Below, in pieces: positions 38,955 through 47,879 of a stretch of 64,000 nucleotides of DNA. The position numbers were made by a program, and so were the translations under genes. The DNA lies in NCBI GenBank assembly GCA_964446485.1, contig CAYUOU010000002.1, forward strand, positions 5,904-69,903, in the 5' to 3' direction. This DNA is from an uncultured Desulfobacterales bacterium. GTDB taxonomy: Bacteria; Desulfobacterota; Desulfobacteria; Desulfobacterales; JBDRRP01. Numbering within the stretch: position 1 is the first letter of the stretch; each line of letters opens with the position of its first letter. The notes beneath the pieces were generated by a model that was not told the DNA's origin, made no database searches, and saw nothing but the letters and a program-made list of their open reading frames with translations.

Positions 38955-38970
38955 TACAAGAAATGTGCCA
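38955..38970 (-). promoter_or_regulatory. sigma54-like promoter at the head of the island
   Basis: Minus strand TGGCACATTTCTTGTA (perfect -24, TTGT instead of TTGC at -12). Confidence 0.55.
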
Positions 38971-39045
38971 GGGCTTGGCTAAATGAATTTAGCTAATATT
39001 TGATAAGGGTTACAAGAATTCAGGAATCGACGAGAAAGTGATTGA

Positions 39046-39059
39046 GCCAATTTTTTGAC
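39046..39059. promoter_or_regulatory. Candidate upstream activator site (GTCAA-N4-TTGAC type)
   Basis: GCCAATTTTTTGAC, about 75 bp upstream of the sigma54-like site; a perfect copy lies at 49354. Confidence 0.4.
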
Positions 39060-39340
39060 AGGAGGCGGGGAGGGCCTGTCGCGACGCTGCATCACGCCCG
39101 CCCATAGCCCGTCGGGTTCGCCCCTGCTGCCTCAAGTCCGTCAATCCCATGACACTCGACGAAGATCCTGCTTTGACGGGGTATAAGGGGGGGGGCGATC
39201 ATGAGGCGCTTGTCAGACTTCCCAGGTGCGTAACGCTTGAATCTCCTGAGTTTGGAAAATAGCTCTCGAACGCCGCGTCCGCCTTTTGTTGCAGCCCCTG
39301 AACGATGGGTGTATTCCTTGGTATTCAAAAGCCTGCAATC

Positions 39341-39747
39341 ATGTATCCTCGCTTCCTGATAGACCCAATTCTCTAATATCTTAAGGACTTTCAGATCGTT
39401 TACCTCATAGGCCCGCGGCAAGCCGGCAAGACCACCCTGGCCCTGGCCGTCGCCAAAGAAAACGGCATGGCGCATTACTGGAAACCATGGCGGTGACGGA
39501 ATTGATGAAGCACACCGCCTGGGCCGAAGATGAATACCGCTTTTGGCATTTTCGTGACCGGCGCAGCCACGAGGTCGATCTGGTCGTGGAAAACACCGCG
39601 GGCCAACTGGTGGGGGCTGAGGTCAAGGCTTCGACCGGCATTCGCAGCGAAGATTTCGCCGGGCTGGTACATTTTGCCAACTACAGCCACGGTAAAATGC
39701 ACCGCGGGATCGTGCTGTACGCCGGCGCAAACCTGATAGCTCCGTAA
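39341..39747 (+). pseudogene. AAA+ ATPase / DUF4143 family relic
   Basis: MYPRFLIDPIL*YLKDFQIVYLIGPRQAGKTTL (in-frame TAA, Walker A) joined out of frame to the C-terminal GALLETMAVTEL...EVDLV...EVK; the end is cut by a MITE TIR. Confidence 0.75.
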
Positions 39748-39889
39748 AAGGTCGAAATTCCCCAATTGTCATTCCGAGGAGCTTGCGACGAGGAATCTCA
39801 AAATGCCGTTATCTATAGATATTATGATTAAAACACAGATCCCTCGCTACGCTCGGGATGACATTTGATGACTTTTTACGGAACCGTCA
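39734..39889. mobile_element. MITE-like element with ~20-bp TIRs enclosing a REP-like inverted doublet
   Basis: TGATAGCTCCGTAAAAGGTC ... GACTTTTTACGGAACCGTCA; inside GTCATTCCGAGG..CGAGGAATCTC and GATCCCTCGCTACGCTCGGGATGAC. Confidence 0.7.
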
Positions 39890-40006
39890 AACCTGTTGCC
39901 CGTCAAGATTGGCGGTCACACCTTCCACGCCGTTCCGCTAAGCTGTTTGACCTCCGCTTGACCGTGTATCCCGGCGGCAACCACGGTCAGAGGGTTGAAG
40001 TTCCAC

Positions 40007-40285
40007 TCAACGTTTTAGATCCCGACAAAAGTTCTCGTGCGGTCCGACAGCCTCTGTATAGATCAGGCGAATCTCTTCGTCGCGGGTGTAACCGAGCAAA
40101 TAGAGCTGATTCTGGCTGAGAAATTTGTACACGTAGAGCAAGGCCAAATCGCCCTTCTTTCTTTCGCCAAGATCCGGGTCCGCAACGCTGGCGGCGACCG
40201 CCCGGTCGACATCCGCGGCGACGTTGGCGTGCAGCTTCTTGTAGGCGCGGGAAAAGCGTTTCGTCTGCACCACCCGCCACGTCAC
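40007..40285 (-). CDS. RelE/ParE-family toxin
   Basis: 92 aa basic protein; F.RAYKKL, GERKKGDL, VYKF, GPHENF; overlaps the antitoxin stop. Confidence 0.8.
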   Translation of the reverse strand: MTWRVVQTKRFSRAYKKLHANVAADVDRAVAASVADPDLGERKKGDLALLYVYKFLSQNQLYLLGYTRDEEIRLIYTEAVGPHENFCRDLKR

Positions 40286-40509
40286 TTTTCCGACCTCGGC
40301 TTAAAAGGCGTGGCGTCCTCGCGCGCTTCGTTCATCGACAGCAACGATTCCGCGATAAAGCTGACGGGTAGATCCGGATTGTCCAGGGCCGCACGGCCGA
40401 TCTTGGCCCAAAATTCGATCTGCCCTTGCACAGTGCGGTATTGCGCTTTGGCCGCCGCACGGGCCTCTTTGACCAACTCTTGGTCGATACGAATCGATAC
40501 GCTTGTCAA
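40282..40509 (-). CDS. ParD-like antitoxin
   Basis: SIRIDQELV..A....RTVQGQIEFWAKIGRAALDNPDLP. Confidence 0.82.
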   Translation of the reverse strand: MTSVSIRIDQELVKEARAAAKAQYRTVQGQIEFWAKIGRAALDNPDLPVSFIAESLLSMNEAREDATPFKPRSEK

Positions 40510-40840
40510 ACTTCCCAGGCGGGCAACACTTGAATCACCGGCATTGGATAATGCTTGATATTGAGGGTATAGATCCGTCCGCCGCTTTGCTTCACCGTGG
40601 CGGCCAGAATCGCGTCATTCACGTCGATGCCGTGACTCGGGTGCCAGCGGCGGTAGATCTCACCGGCCCGGTCGACGATGGCCTGATCCACCGCTGCGGT
40701 TTGAAAAGCGGGCAGAAAACCGCGTCTGGGATCGGTTCATCTCCTCGCGAATCCCGCGGACCGTGTCTTGCGGCGTTTCATCCCGCCGCCAGGCACCGCA
40801 GGTTTCGGCCAGGACATCCACCGCGCCATCTTCCACACTA
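40506..40840 (-). pseudogene. Fused remnants of an antitoxin and a PIN (VapC) toxin C-terminus
   Basis: LAETCGAW...VRGIREE (antitoxin tail) abuts FLPAFQTAAVDQAIVDRAG...NDAILAAT...YTLNIKHYPM (PIN C-half); the PIN N-half is absent. Confidence 0.65.
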
Positions 40841-40917
40841 AAAACAGCTTGATTAACTGACTGAATTTCGCTAATTAGAGTCATATTAATGGTTCGTATT
40901 TAAAATAAAGGAGGATT

Positions 40918-41776
40918 GTGTATATACCGCAGAGACAGCTCTCCAACCTCAAACAGGCTGTCCGTCCCGGCAAGGTCGTCGTTATCTACGGCCCCCGTCG
41001 AGCGGGGAAAACCACGCTGCTGAGAAAATTTATTGAAACTTCTGCCGCTGGCGCAACTGGAGATCGCTCAGATCGAGAAGATGCATCAGACAAAGGCCAA
41101 TCTCGAATCACGGCTCATCTACGGCGCCTACCCGGAAGTTGTAATCCTGCGCAGCAACACAGACCGTGAAAACTATCTGCGCGAATTGCTTTCATCCTAT
41201 CTTTTCAAGGATATCCTGCAACTTGAAGGGATCCGGTATTCAGACAAACTGCAGCGGCTGGTCCAGCTTCTGGCCTTCCAGATCGGCAAGGAAGTCTCCC
41301 TGGCAGAGTTGGGAAGGCAGTTGGGTATGAGCAAAAACACGGTGGAACGATACCTGGATCTGCTGGAAAAGGTCTTTGTCATTTTCAGACGCGGCGGTTT
41401 TAGCCGCAATCTGCGTAAAGAGGTCGTCAAAAATCAGCGCTATTATTTTTACGACAACGGTATCCGCAACGCCCTCGTCAATAATTTCAATCCGTTAAAT
41501 ATTCGTAACGATATCGGTGAACTCTGGGAAAATTACGTGGTAACGGAACGGTCGAAGCGGCAGGAATACCTGCGTTTGTCGGTAAACACCTATTTCTGGC
41601 GCACCTATGACAAAAAAGAAATCGACTTGGTTGAAGAACAACAGGGGCAACTCTCCGGTTTTGAGATCAAATGGAAACGCCGACCGGCACACCCCCCCAA
41701 GGACTGGCTGGGCGCCTACCCGGATGCGACTTTCGAAGTGATCCACCAGGACAACTACCTGCAGTTTATTCAATAA
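40918..41776 (+). pseudogene. AAA+ ATPase / DUF4143 family with internal deletion and frameshift
   Basis: AGGAGG RBS; GPRRAGKTTLL joined out of frame near 41033 to LKLLPL...YGAYPE...YFYDNGIRN...GELWEN...EIDL...FEIKW; the Walker B region is missing. Confidence 0.78.
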
Positions 41777-41777
41777 G

Positions 41778-41937
41778 CACCTGGCGGGCCAAGGTGATAT
41801 CGGGTTTTCGCTGCATAGGATCGTCCTTTGGCAGTGGTTTGAAGGTGATTTTGGAGGCGCTGCCGGTGAGGCGGATGACGGTTTCGGCCAATTGCCGGAT
41901 AGTGAACTCGCCGGGATTGCCCAGGTTGATGGGGCTG
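41778..41937 (-). pseudogene. Fragment of a second UDP-glucuronate decarboxylase paralog
   Basis: Translates [53 protein letters not shown]; closely matches ~43535-43694. Confidence 0.85.
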
Positions 41938-42018
41938 TGAGGGCAGCGTCGAAACCATCAGCGCAAAGAATGCCACTGCTGATCATCGACGCAACAGCAG
42001 GCGCGGGTCTTCACGGCG

Positions 42019-43026
42019 TCATCGAGACGCCATCACCCCCCCATACCCCCCCGGGTGTACCCGATGCCACCGCCAGGCGGTCTCGATGATGGATTCCAGA
42101 TCGGGGTAAGCCGGCTGCCAGCCGAGATCGCGTCTGGCCTTGTCGGCGGCGCCGATGAGCCGGGCCGGATCGCCGGATCGCCGCGGCGTAATGCGCTCGG
42201 CAATGTCCCGGCCCGTGACGGATCTGGCCGTGTCGATCACCTCGCGCACCGAGTATCCGGTGCCGTTTCCCAGGTTGTACTGGCCGCCGGGCTTATCCTC
42301 AAGGAGGCGCTCCAGGGCGGTGAGATGGGCGGCGGCCAAGTCGTTGACATGGACATAGTCGCGGATGCAGGTGCCGTCGGGGGTTGGATAGTCATCGCCG
42401 AAGATGGCGATGTCAGATCGCTGCCCCAGCGCGGTCTGCAGCACCAGGGGGACCAAATGGGTTTCCGGGTCGTGGTCTTCGCCGATCTCGCCGTCCGGGT
42501 CGGCGCCGGCCGCATTGAAATACCTAAGGGAGACGGATTGAAGCCCGTAGGCCGTTTGAAAATCGGCCAGCATCTGTTCGACGATCTTTTTGGTCCACCC
42601 GTAAGGGTTGATGGGCGCCTGGGGATGGGATTCGGGGATGGGGACCATTTCGGGCTCACCGTAAATGGCGCAGGTCGACGAGAAGATGAACCGCAGTACC
42701 TGGTGCCGCACCATGGCTTCGAGGAGTCCCAGCGCCGCGGCCATGTTGTTTCGGTAATACCGGTCGGGGTGCTCCACGGATTCCCCCACATAGGCAAAGG
42801 CCGCAAAATGCATGACCGCTTCAATGGGGTAGGTCGTGAACACGCGCTCAAGCACCTCGGGATCGTCGGCCGCGCCGGTCACCAGCGGCCCCCACCGGAC
42901 CGCGGCGCGGTGCCCTCGGCTGAGATTGTCCAAAACGACCGGTTTGAAGCCGGACTGAGCCAATTGCTTACACATGTGGGAACCGATGTATCCGGCGCCC
43001 CCCACAACGAGAATATGGCTGCCCAC
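42019..43026 (-). CDS. galE: UDP-glucose 4-epimerase
   Basis: GGAGYIGSH, HFAA, SST, YGWTK, LRYFNAAGA, TPDGTCIRDYVHV. Confidence 0.93.
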   Translation of the reverse strand: MGSHILVVGGAGYIGSHMCKQLAQSGFKPVVLDNLSRGHRAAVRWGPLVTGAADDPEVLERVFTTYPIEAVMHFAAFAYVGESVEHPDRYYRNNMAAALGLLEAMVRHQVLRFIFSSTCAIYGEPEMVPIPESHPQAPINPYGWTKKIVEQMLADFQTAYGLQSVSLRYFNAAGADPDGEIGEDHDPETHLVPLVLQTALGQRSDIAIFGDDYPTPDGTCIRDYVHVNDLAAAHLTALERLLEDKPGGQYNLGNGTGYSVREVIDTARSVTGRDIAERITPRRSGDPARLIGAADKARRDLGWQPAYPDLESIIETAWRWHRVHPGGYGGVMASR

Positions 43027-43051
43027 TGCTGATCCTTTCAGCGCTTAAGGA

Positions 43052-43203
43052 TGATGAAACGGTAAAAAGTAGCAAAAAAGACGATTTCGTAACATGTTCG
43101 AGATACGGCTTGCGAATCCTGAAAAATGCGGCGTACTTACAGTACGCCGCCATGACGAAGGACGACGCGTAACGCAGATATCGGACTTTTTACGGAACCG
43201 TCA
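43052..43203. mobile_element. MITE-like element of the same TIR family
   Basis: TGATGAAACGGTAAAAAGT ... GACTTTTTACGGAACCGTCA (right end identical to the 39870-39889 end); internal hairpin GCGGCGTAC-TTACA-GTACGCCGC. Confidence 0.65.
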
Positions 43204-43277
43204 AGGAGAGTTATGTCTGTTCAATAATGCGGTCGATAATGCTGTCTCGATTTGATGGTCCCTTTAAAAGCTCAAAA

Positions 43278-43399
43278 AAGCCCGTAAAAACCCCTCAGAT
43301 GTCATCCCGAGCATAGCGAGGGATCTGTGTTTTAATCATAATATCTAAAGATAACGGCATTTTGAGATTCCTCGTCGCAAGCTCCTTCGAATGACAATT
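43278..43399. repeat. Inverted copy of the 39764-39881 REP-doublet repeat
   Basis: GTCATCCCGAGCATAGCGAGGGATCTGTGTTTTAATCATAATATCT...GAGATTCCTCGTCGCAAGCTCCTTCGAATGACAATT is a near-exact reverse complement. Confidence 0.85.
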
Positions 43400-43445
43400 A
43401 AGGCAGTTTATGCGCCTCTTTGCCCATAGGCGCACTTCCAGGCCC

Positions 43446-44405
43446 TCATCCGCGGCCGTCAGCCAGAAGCGCCTTGAAAAACGGGATGGTCTTCTCCAGC
43501 CCCTGCCCCAACGCAATGGTCGGCTCCCAGGACAGCACCTCGCGAGCCCGTGTGATATCAGGCTTTCGCTGCAGGGGGTCATCCTGGGGCAGCGGCTCGA
43601 AAACGATCTTGGAGGCGCTGCCGGTGAGGCGGATCACCGTTTCGGCCAGTTCCAAAATGGTGAATTCGCCGGGGTTGCCCAGGTTGATGGGGCCGGTGAC
43701 GACATCATCGGTGTCCATGAGGCGGATGAATCCCTCAATGAGGTCGTCCACGAAGCAAAAGCTCCGGGTCTGCTGCCCATCTCCGTAAACCGTGATGGGG
43801 GCACCTTTCAGGGCCTGAACGATGAAGTTGGAGACCACCCGCCCATCGTTGGGGTGCATCCGGGGGCCGTAGGTGTTGAAAATCCGGCCCACTTTGATGC
43901 GAAGGCCGTGCTGACGATGGTAATCGAAGAACAGGGTCTCTGCACAGCGCTTGCCCTCGTCGTAGCAGGCCCTGAATCCGATGGGGTTGACGTTGCCCCA
44001 GTAGGATTCCGGCTGGGGATGCACGCTGGGGTCGCCGTAAACCTCGCTGGTGGACGCTTGAAATATCTTGGCTTTGACCCGCTTGGCCAGCCCCAGCATG
44101 TTGATGGCGCCGTGAACGCTGGTTTTGGTGGTTTGCACCGGATCGTGCTGGTAGTGAATGGGCGACGCCGGGCAGGCCAGGTTGTATATTTCATCCACTT
44201 CCAAGTAGAGAGGAAAGGTCACATCATGGCGCATCAACTCGAAACTGGGCCTCCCCATGAGATGGGCCACGTTGAGCTTGGTCCCGGTAAAAAAATTATC
44301 CACGCAAAGGACGTCATGGCCGTCATTCACCAGCCGTTCGCAAAGATGTGACCCCAGAAAACCGGCGCCGCCGGTCACCAGTATGCGTTTTTGCAAATGC
44401 CTCAT
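43446..44405 (-). CDS. uxs: UDP-glucuronic acid decarboxylase (UDP-xylose synthase)
   Basis: [54 protein letters not shown]. Confidence 0.93.
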   Translation of the reverse strand: MRHLQKRILVTGGAGFLGSHLCERLVNDGHDVLCVDNFFTGTKLNVAHLMGRPSFELMRHDVTFPLYLEVDEIYNLACPASPIHYQHDPVQTTKTSVHGAINMLGLAKRVKAKIFQASTSEVYGDPSVHPQPESYWGNVNPIGFRACYDEGKRCAETLFFDYHRQHGLRIKVGRIFNTYGPRMHPNDGRVVSNFIVQALKGAPITVYGDGQQTRSFCFVDDLIEGFIRLMDTDDVVTGPINLGNPGEFTILELAETVIRLTGSASKIVFEPLPQDDPLQRKPDITRAREVLSWEPTIALGQGLEKTIPFFKALLADGRG

Positions 44406-44605
44406 TGCCGTACCCTTTCATCGTGAAACCGGCAAATTTTTCCCATCCGGTGTGAACGTTTTTCCGCGCGCGGCAGCAATCCTCACGCCGCCGCCCTTAC
44501 AGCTCGCTTCATATAGCTTAAAAGTCTTATTTAAAACAATATCTTAATCGATTCCCACCATCTCGGCAGACCCTTTGTGGGCGGCGAGTTGTCACCATTT
44601 CCGTG

Positions 44606-44621
44606 TGGCATGTGCATTGCA
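44606..44621 (+). promoter_or_regulatory. sigma54 promoter
   Basis: TGGCATGTGCATTGCA. Confidence 0.78.
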
Positions 44622-44673
44622 ACAACTCCGGTGCAAAGATATCCGACAAGCGAACCACAGCGGAGTCATGAAC

Positions 44674-45138
44674 ATGAAAATCAATACAACCCAGCAAATC
44701 CTGCGACAACTGCAGGACCATTCACCCAAAAACACAGCCGCGGCGGATGCGCGTGCCTTTGGCGATGCCCTCGGCCGGGCACTGAACACGGATACGGCCG
44801 GAAAAGCGGCACACGCTGGCGCCCCGGCGGGGATGGCCAGTATCTCCGGCGTACAGTTCACCAGTCAGCCGATGCCGGCTAGGATCACAGCCGGGGAAAA
44901 AATCGAACAATTGCTGGAACTTCTCGAAGATTATCAGCAGAAACTGGCGGAGCCCCGGCATTCCTTAAAGTCCATCGCGCCTCAGTTGGCGCGAATGGAA
45001 AAAGGCGTGCGGGCTCTGGAAAAAGTGATTGAAAAGATAGACGACGCCGACGGCCTGAAATCCATTGCCCAGGAGGCGTTGATCACCGCAACAGCGGAAA
45101 TGTTCAAATTCAACCGGGGGGATTACATTCCCACCTGA
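44674..45138 (+). CDS. Hypothetical helical protein, sigma54-driven
   Basis: GGAG RBS, MKINTT..., C-terminal KFNRGDY; start may be 44668. Confidence 0.7.
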   Translation: MKINTTQQILRQLQDHSPKNTAAADARAFGDALGRALNTDTAGKAAHAGAPAGMASISGVQFTSQPMPARITAGEKIEQLLELLEDYQQKLAEPRHSLKSIAPQLARMEKGVRALEKVIEKIDDADGLKSIAQEALITATAEMFKFNRGDYIPT

Positions 45139-45240
45139 CACGGGCGATGCGTATGATGTGTTCGTCGAGATCCTGAAAGCGGATTCCCCCCCCAATAAAT
45201 GCCCTGCACGCATCCGGAATCGGTGATGCAGCGGCTTACC

Positions 45241-45266
45241 CGGCACCGGTGACTTCACCGGTGCCG
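45241..45266. terminator. Hairpin between convergent genes
   Basis: CGGCACCGGTGA-CT-TCACCGGTGCCG followed by TCATATTTTT. Confidence 0.5.
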
Positions 45267-45288
45267 TCATATTTTTGGCGTCCGTGTG

Positions 45289-46668
45289 TCAGCAGCCGCC
45301 GGGCAGCGGCGTTCCGGCAGCAGGCATGCTGCTATCAGCCCTGAATGCCGGGGAAGGACGGCGACTGACCGCAGCAGGAATCCGGATCAGGACGACTGTA
45401 CCGACACCGTGAACGGAAGACACCTCAATGGTTCCCCCCACGCGTTGAATTCTGCCGAGACTGCCGGTGAGGCCCAGCCCAAGACGGCCGTTGTCATTTT
45501 TCATCGTGAAGAAAGGATCGTAAATACGCCGGCACACGTGGTCGGGGATGCCGTTTCCCGTATCGCTGACGGCGATTTCCAGGCAGGTGCTCGGCGAATT
45601 GCTGCGCTCGGCGCAATCCATCTGCCGGGAGATGGCGGTGACCGTGAGCGCCCCGCCGTTGGGCATGGCCTCGACGGCATTTTTCACGACCTCGGCAACC
45701 ACATGCCGGAAATCGGCCGACAGCATGTCTAAGGACGGTACGGACAGACCCGTGGACACCGTTACTTTCAGCGCCTTCTGGTCGGTGGAGAGGCGCCGCA
45801 CGACACCGCGAAGAATCCTGGAAACCGACGCCGACCGAGTGACGGTGACGTTGCATCGGCTTCGGGAATCAGCACCGGCAAACCTGGCGATTTCAACCAT
45901 GAGCCGCCGGCCCTTGAGAATCGTTCTACGCATCACGCGGATCCGTCGACCTATCGATGCGTCGGTGATCTGATCGATGGCGTTTCTAATATGGTCAAAA
46001 ACGATCAGGTATTCGCGCGATAATTGCCGGCAGGCAATATGAACGGTGTCCATATCCACCGGCCGTCGACCCAGCGCCGCGGAGAGGTGGTAGAATGGAA
46101 AGGAGCGAAACTGTTCTTGGGCGTACCCGATCATTTGGGTGCGCACACTGTCGCAATGACCCTCGATGTAGGGCGGGTCGGCAAACACCCCACGTCCACA
46201 AAGTCCCAGTAGGTGAACCGTCAGGTGCGCGCCGTGCTGCACCAGACCTTCAACTTTTTTCAGCACCGGTTCCAGCTTACCGGATTCGGACGCATCCAGT
46301 CGGCATAGGGCGTTTTGGCCTAAAATGCTCATGAACAGGTCATTCACATGCTGGGCGAGCCCTTTGGAAAACCGCATGAGGGTGTCACCCCCAGTCGCCG
46401 GCCTCGGTGCTGCCGAGGTCGGCGAAACGGTTGCGGCGGGCGGCGCTTCGACAGCAACCGGGATCGGCATCGTCTCACCGGCAGTTGAATGGCGATCTCC
46501 CGAGTTTCCGGCGAAATAGAACCGGAGGCCGGGGAAACGGCCCCAGCCTGCGCCCTTTCGCCATTCCGTCGATGCGCCGGTCAGGGGTAAAGACCCCAAA
46601 AGGGATTCCCACCCGTCAAGGCCCTGCCCATCCTTGTATGTTAATGCTTCGCCCCATAACCTGGCCAT
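45289..46668 (-). CDS. Cytoplasmic histidine kinase-like protein with degenerate H-box
   Basis: HATPase boxes KNAVEAM, DTGNGI, YDPFFT, LGLGL; H-box-like GLAQHVNDL. Start placed by GAGGAG RBS downstream of the sigma54 site. Confidence 0.7.
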   Translation of the reverse strand: MARLWGEALTYKDGQGLDGWESLLGSLPLTGASTEWRKGAGWGRFPGLRFYFAGNSGDRHSTAGETMPIPVAVEAPPAATVSPTSAAPRPATGGDTLMRFSKGLAQHVNDLFMSILGQNALCRLDASESGKLEPVLKKVEGLVQHGAHLTVHLLGLCGRGVFADPPYIEGHCDSVRTQMIGYAQEQFRSFPFYHLSAALGRRPVDMDTVHIACRQLSREYLIVFDHIRNAIDQITDASIGRRIRVMRRTILKGRRLMVEIARFAGADSRSRCNVTVTRSASVSRILRGVVRRLSTDQKALKVTVSTGLSVPSLDMLSADFRHVVAEVVKNAVEAMPNGGALTVTAISRQMDCAERSNSPSTCLEIAVSDTGNGIPDHVCRRIYDPFFTMKNDNGRLGLGLTGSLGRIQRVGGTIEVSSVHGVGTVVLIRIPAAVSRRPSPAFRADSSMPAAGTPLPGGC

Positions 46669-46732
46669 GAATCGCTCCTCTGAAGGGATCTCCCAGTCGC
46701 CGTGCCCTGCGGCATCATGGGACCAAAGAGAC

Positions 46733-46748
46733 AGCAATACCTGTGCCA
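46733..46748 (-). promoter_or_regulatory. sigma54 promoter
   Basis: Minus strand TGGCACAGGTATTGCT (consensus). Confidence 0.8.
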
Positions 46749-46950
46749 TCAAAGTCGTTGGTTGTATGACCCACACAAACGCAACCGGCTTTGCCGTCGA
46801 TGCGGCAGGCGTCAATATTGCGGACTGCAGCGAACCCCGGCGGTTTTCTTGTTGACACAAACGCGTCGCAGGGGCGCGGCGCCCACCGGCAGGGGGCGTA
46901 AAAGCAATTGATCGCCACGGTCTCATGGGCTATAATCGGATTAAAGCCAC

Positions 46951-46966
46951 TGGCGCGGTTTTTGCT
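46951..46966 (+). promoter_or_regulatory. sigma54 promoter
   Basis: TGGCGCGGTTTTTGCT. Confidence 0.75.
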
Positions 46967-47036
46967 GTTACACGGACGATTTACCATCAATCCATAATCA
47001 ACCGCGGTGGCGCATCTTCACGGGAATAGGCCGTCA

Positions 47037-47879
47037 ATGAACAGACGCCGTTTTTTAAAAACAGTCACCGGTATGGTGATCGGCGCTGGCCTGGCCCCAA
47101 AAGCCATGGCGGGCATCCTGATCACCGAAAGGCTATCATCGCCAGAGGCCGAAGACGCGTATCTCAAAGACTATCTATACAAGATGCGCCACTTCAACAT
47201 GCATCATGACGACGATATTTTCCTTTCGATAACGGATTTTGAAACATTGAAAAGTGCACTGGCGCGGATGCGCCGGCTGCAGCGCACCGTGGGGCATGGC
47301 AACTTCTACCTGCTCAGCTTCGATGAAGCCCTCAAAATCGCCGCCGACTATCGTCGGGTGGCCCCGTTCACTGCCGAAGAGTTGGCTTTCCTTGAAAAGA
47401 TTTTTTATGCTGACAGCGCCATCTACGGATTCATGGGGGAAAAGCCCTTCAAGCATCTCACGGATTACATCCGCAAAGACAATGTCGTGAGAGACCGCAT
47501 GACGGGAAATTACCTATTTAAGGGCAAACCCCTGGAAACCTACCGGCATATCCAAAAAAGCCTCAGAGACGAGGTCACCCTCACCTCTGGCGTGCGCAGC
47601 GTCATCAAGCAGTTCATGCTCTTTCTCTCCAAGGCCTACGAAAGCGACGGCAACATATCCATGGCCTCAAGATCCCTGGCACCGCCGGGCTACAGTTTTC
47701 ACGGCATCGGGGACTTTGACGTGGGCCAGGTGGGATACGGTGCCTTCAATTTTACCGAGCGATTCACGGAGACAACGGTGTTCAAGCGCCTTGTCGATAT
47801 GGGATATCTTCGCCTGAGATATCAACAGGACAACATGCTGGGAGTTCGATTCGAGCCATGGCATATCAAAGTGTCTTAG
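47037..47879 (+). CDS. Tat-exported M15 (VanY-like) D,D-carboxypeptidase family protein
   Basis: MNRRRFLK twin-arginine signal; SGVRS, APPGYSFH...D, EPWH. Confidence 0.85.
   Translation: MNRRRFLKTVTGMVIGAGLAPKAMAGILITERLSSPEAEDAYLKDYLYKMRHFNMHHDDDIFLSITDFETLKSALARMRRLQRTVGHGNFYLLSFDEALKIAADYRRVAPFTAEELAFLEKIFYADSAIYGFMGEKPFKHLTDYIRKDNVVRDRMTGNYLFKGKPLETYRHIQKSLRDEVTLTSGVRSVIKQFMLFLSKAYESDGNISMASRSLAPPGYSFHGIGDFDVGQVGYGAFNFTERFTETTVFKRLVDMGYLRLRYQQDNMLGVRFEPWHIKVS

Noticed and set aside
39734-43399. CRISPR array or integron attC cassettes
   Set aside because: The repeats are few, inverted and irregularly spaced; no cas gene, integrase or convincing RYYYAAC...GTTRRRY pairs
46669-46926. N-terminal extension of the kinase ORF
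   Set aside because: Contains the gene's own sigma54 promoter and RBS, so it is unlikely to be translated
47521-47550. GGGCAAACC...GAAA resembling a c-di-GMP-I riboswitch
   Set aside because: Lies inside a CDS and lacks the downstream GACGCAAAG and pairing
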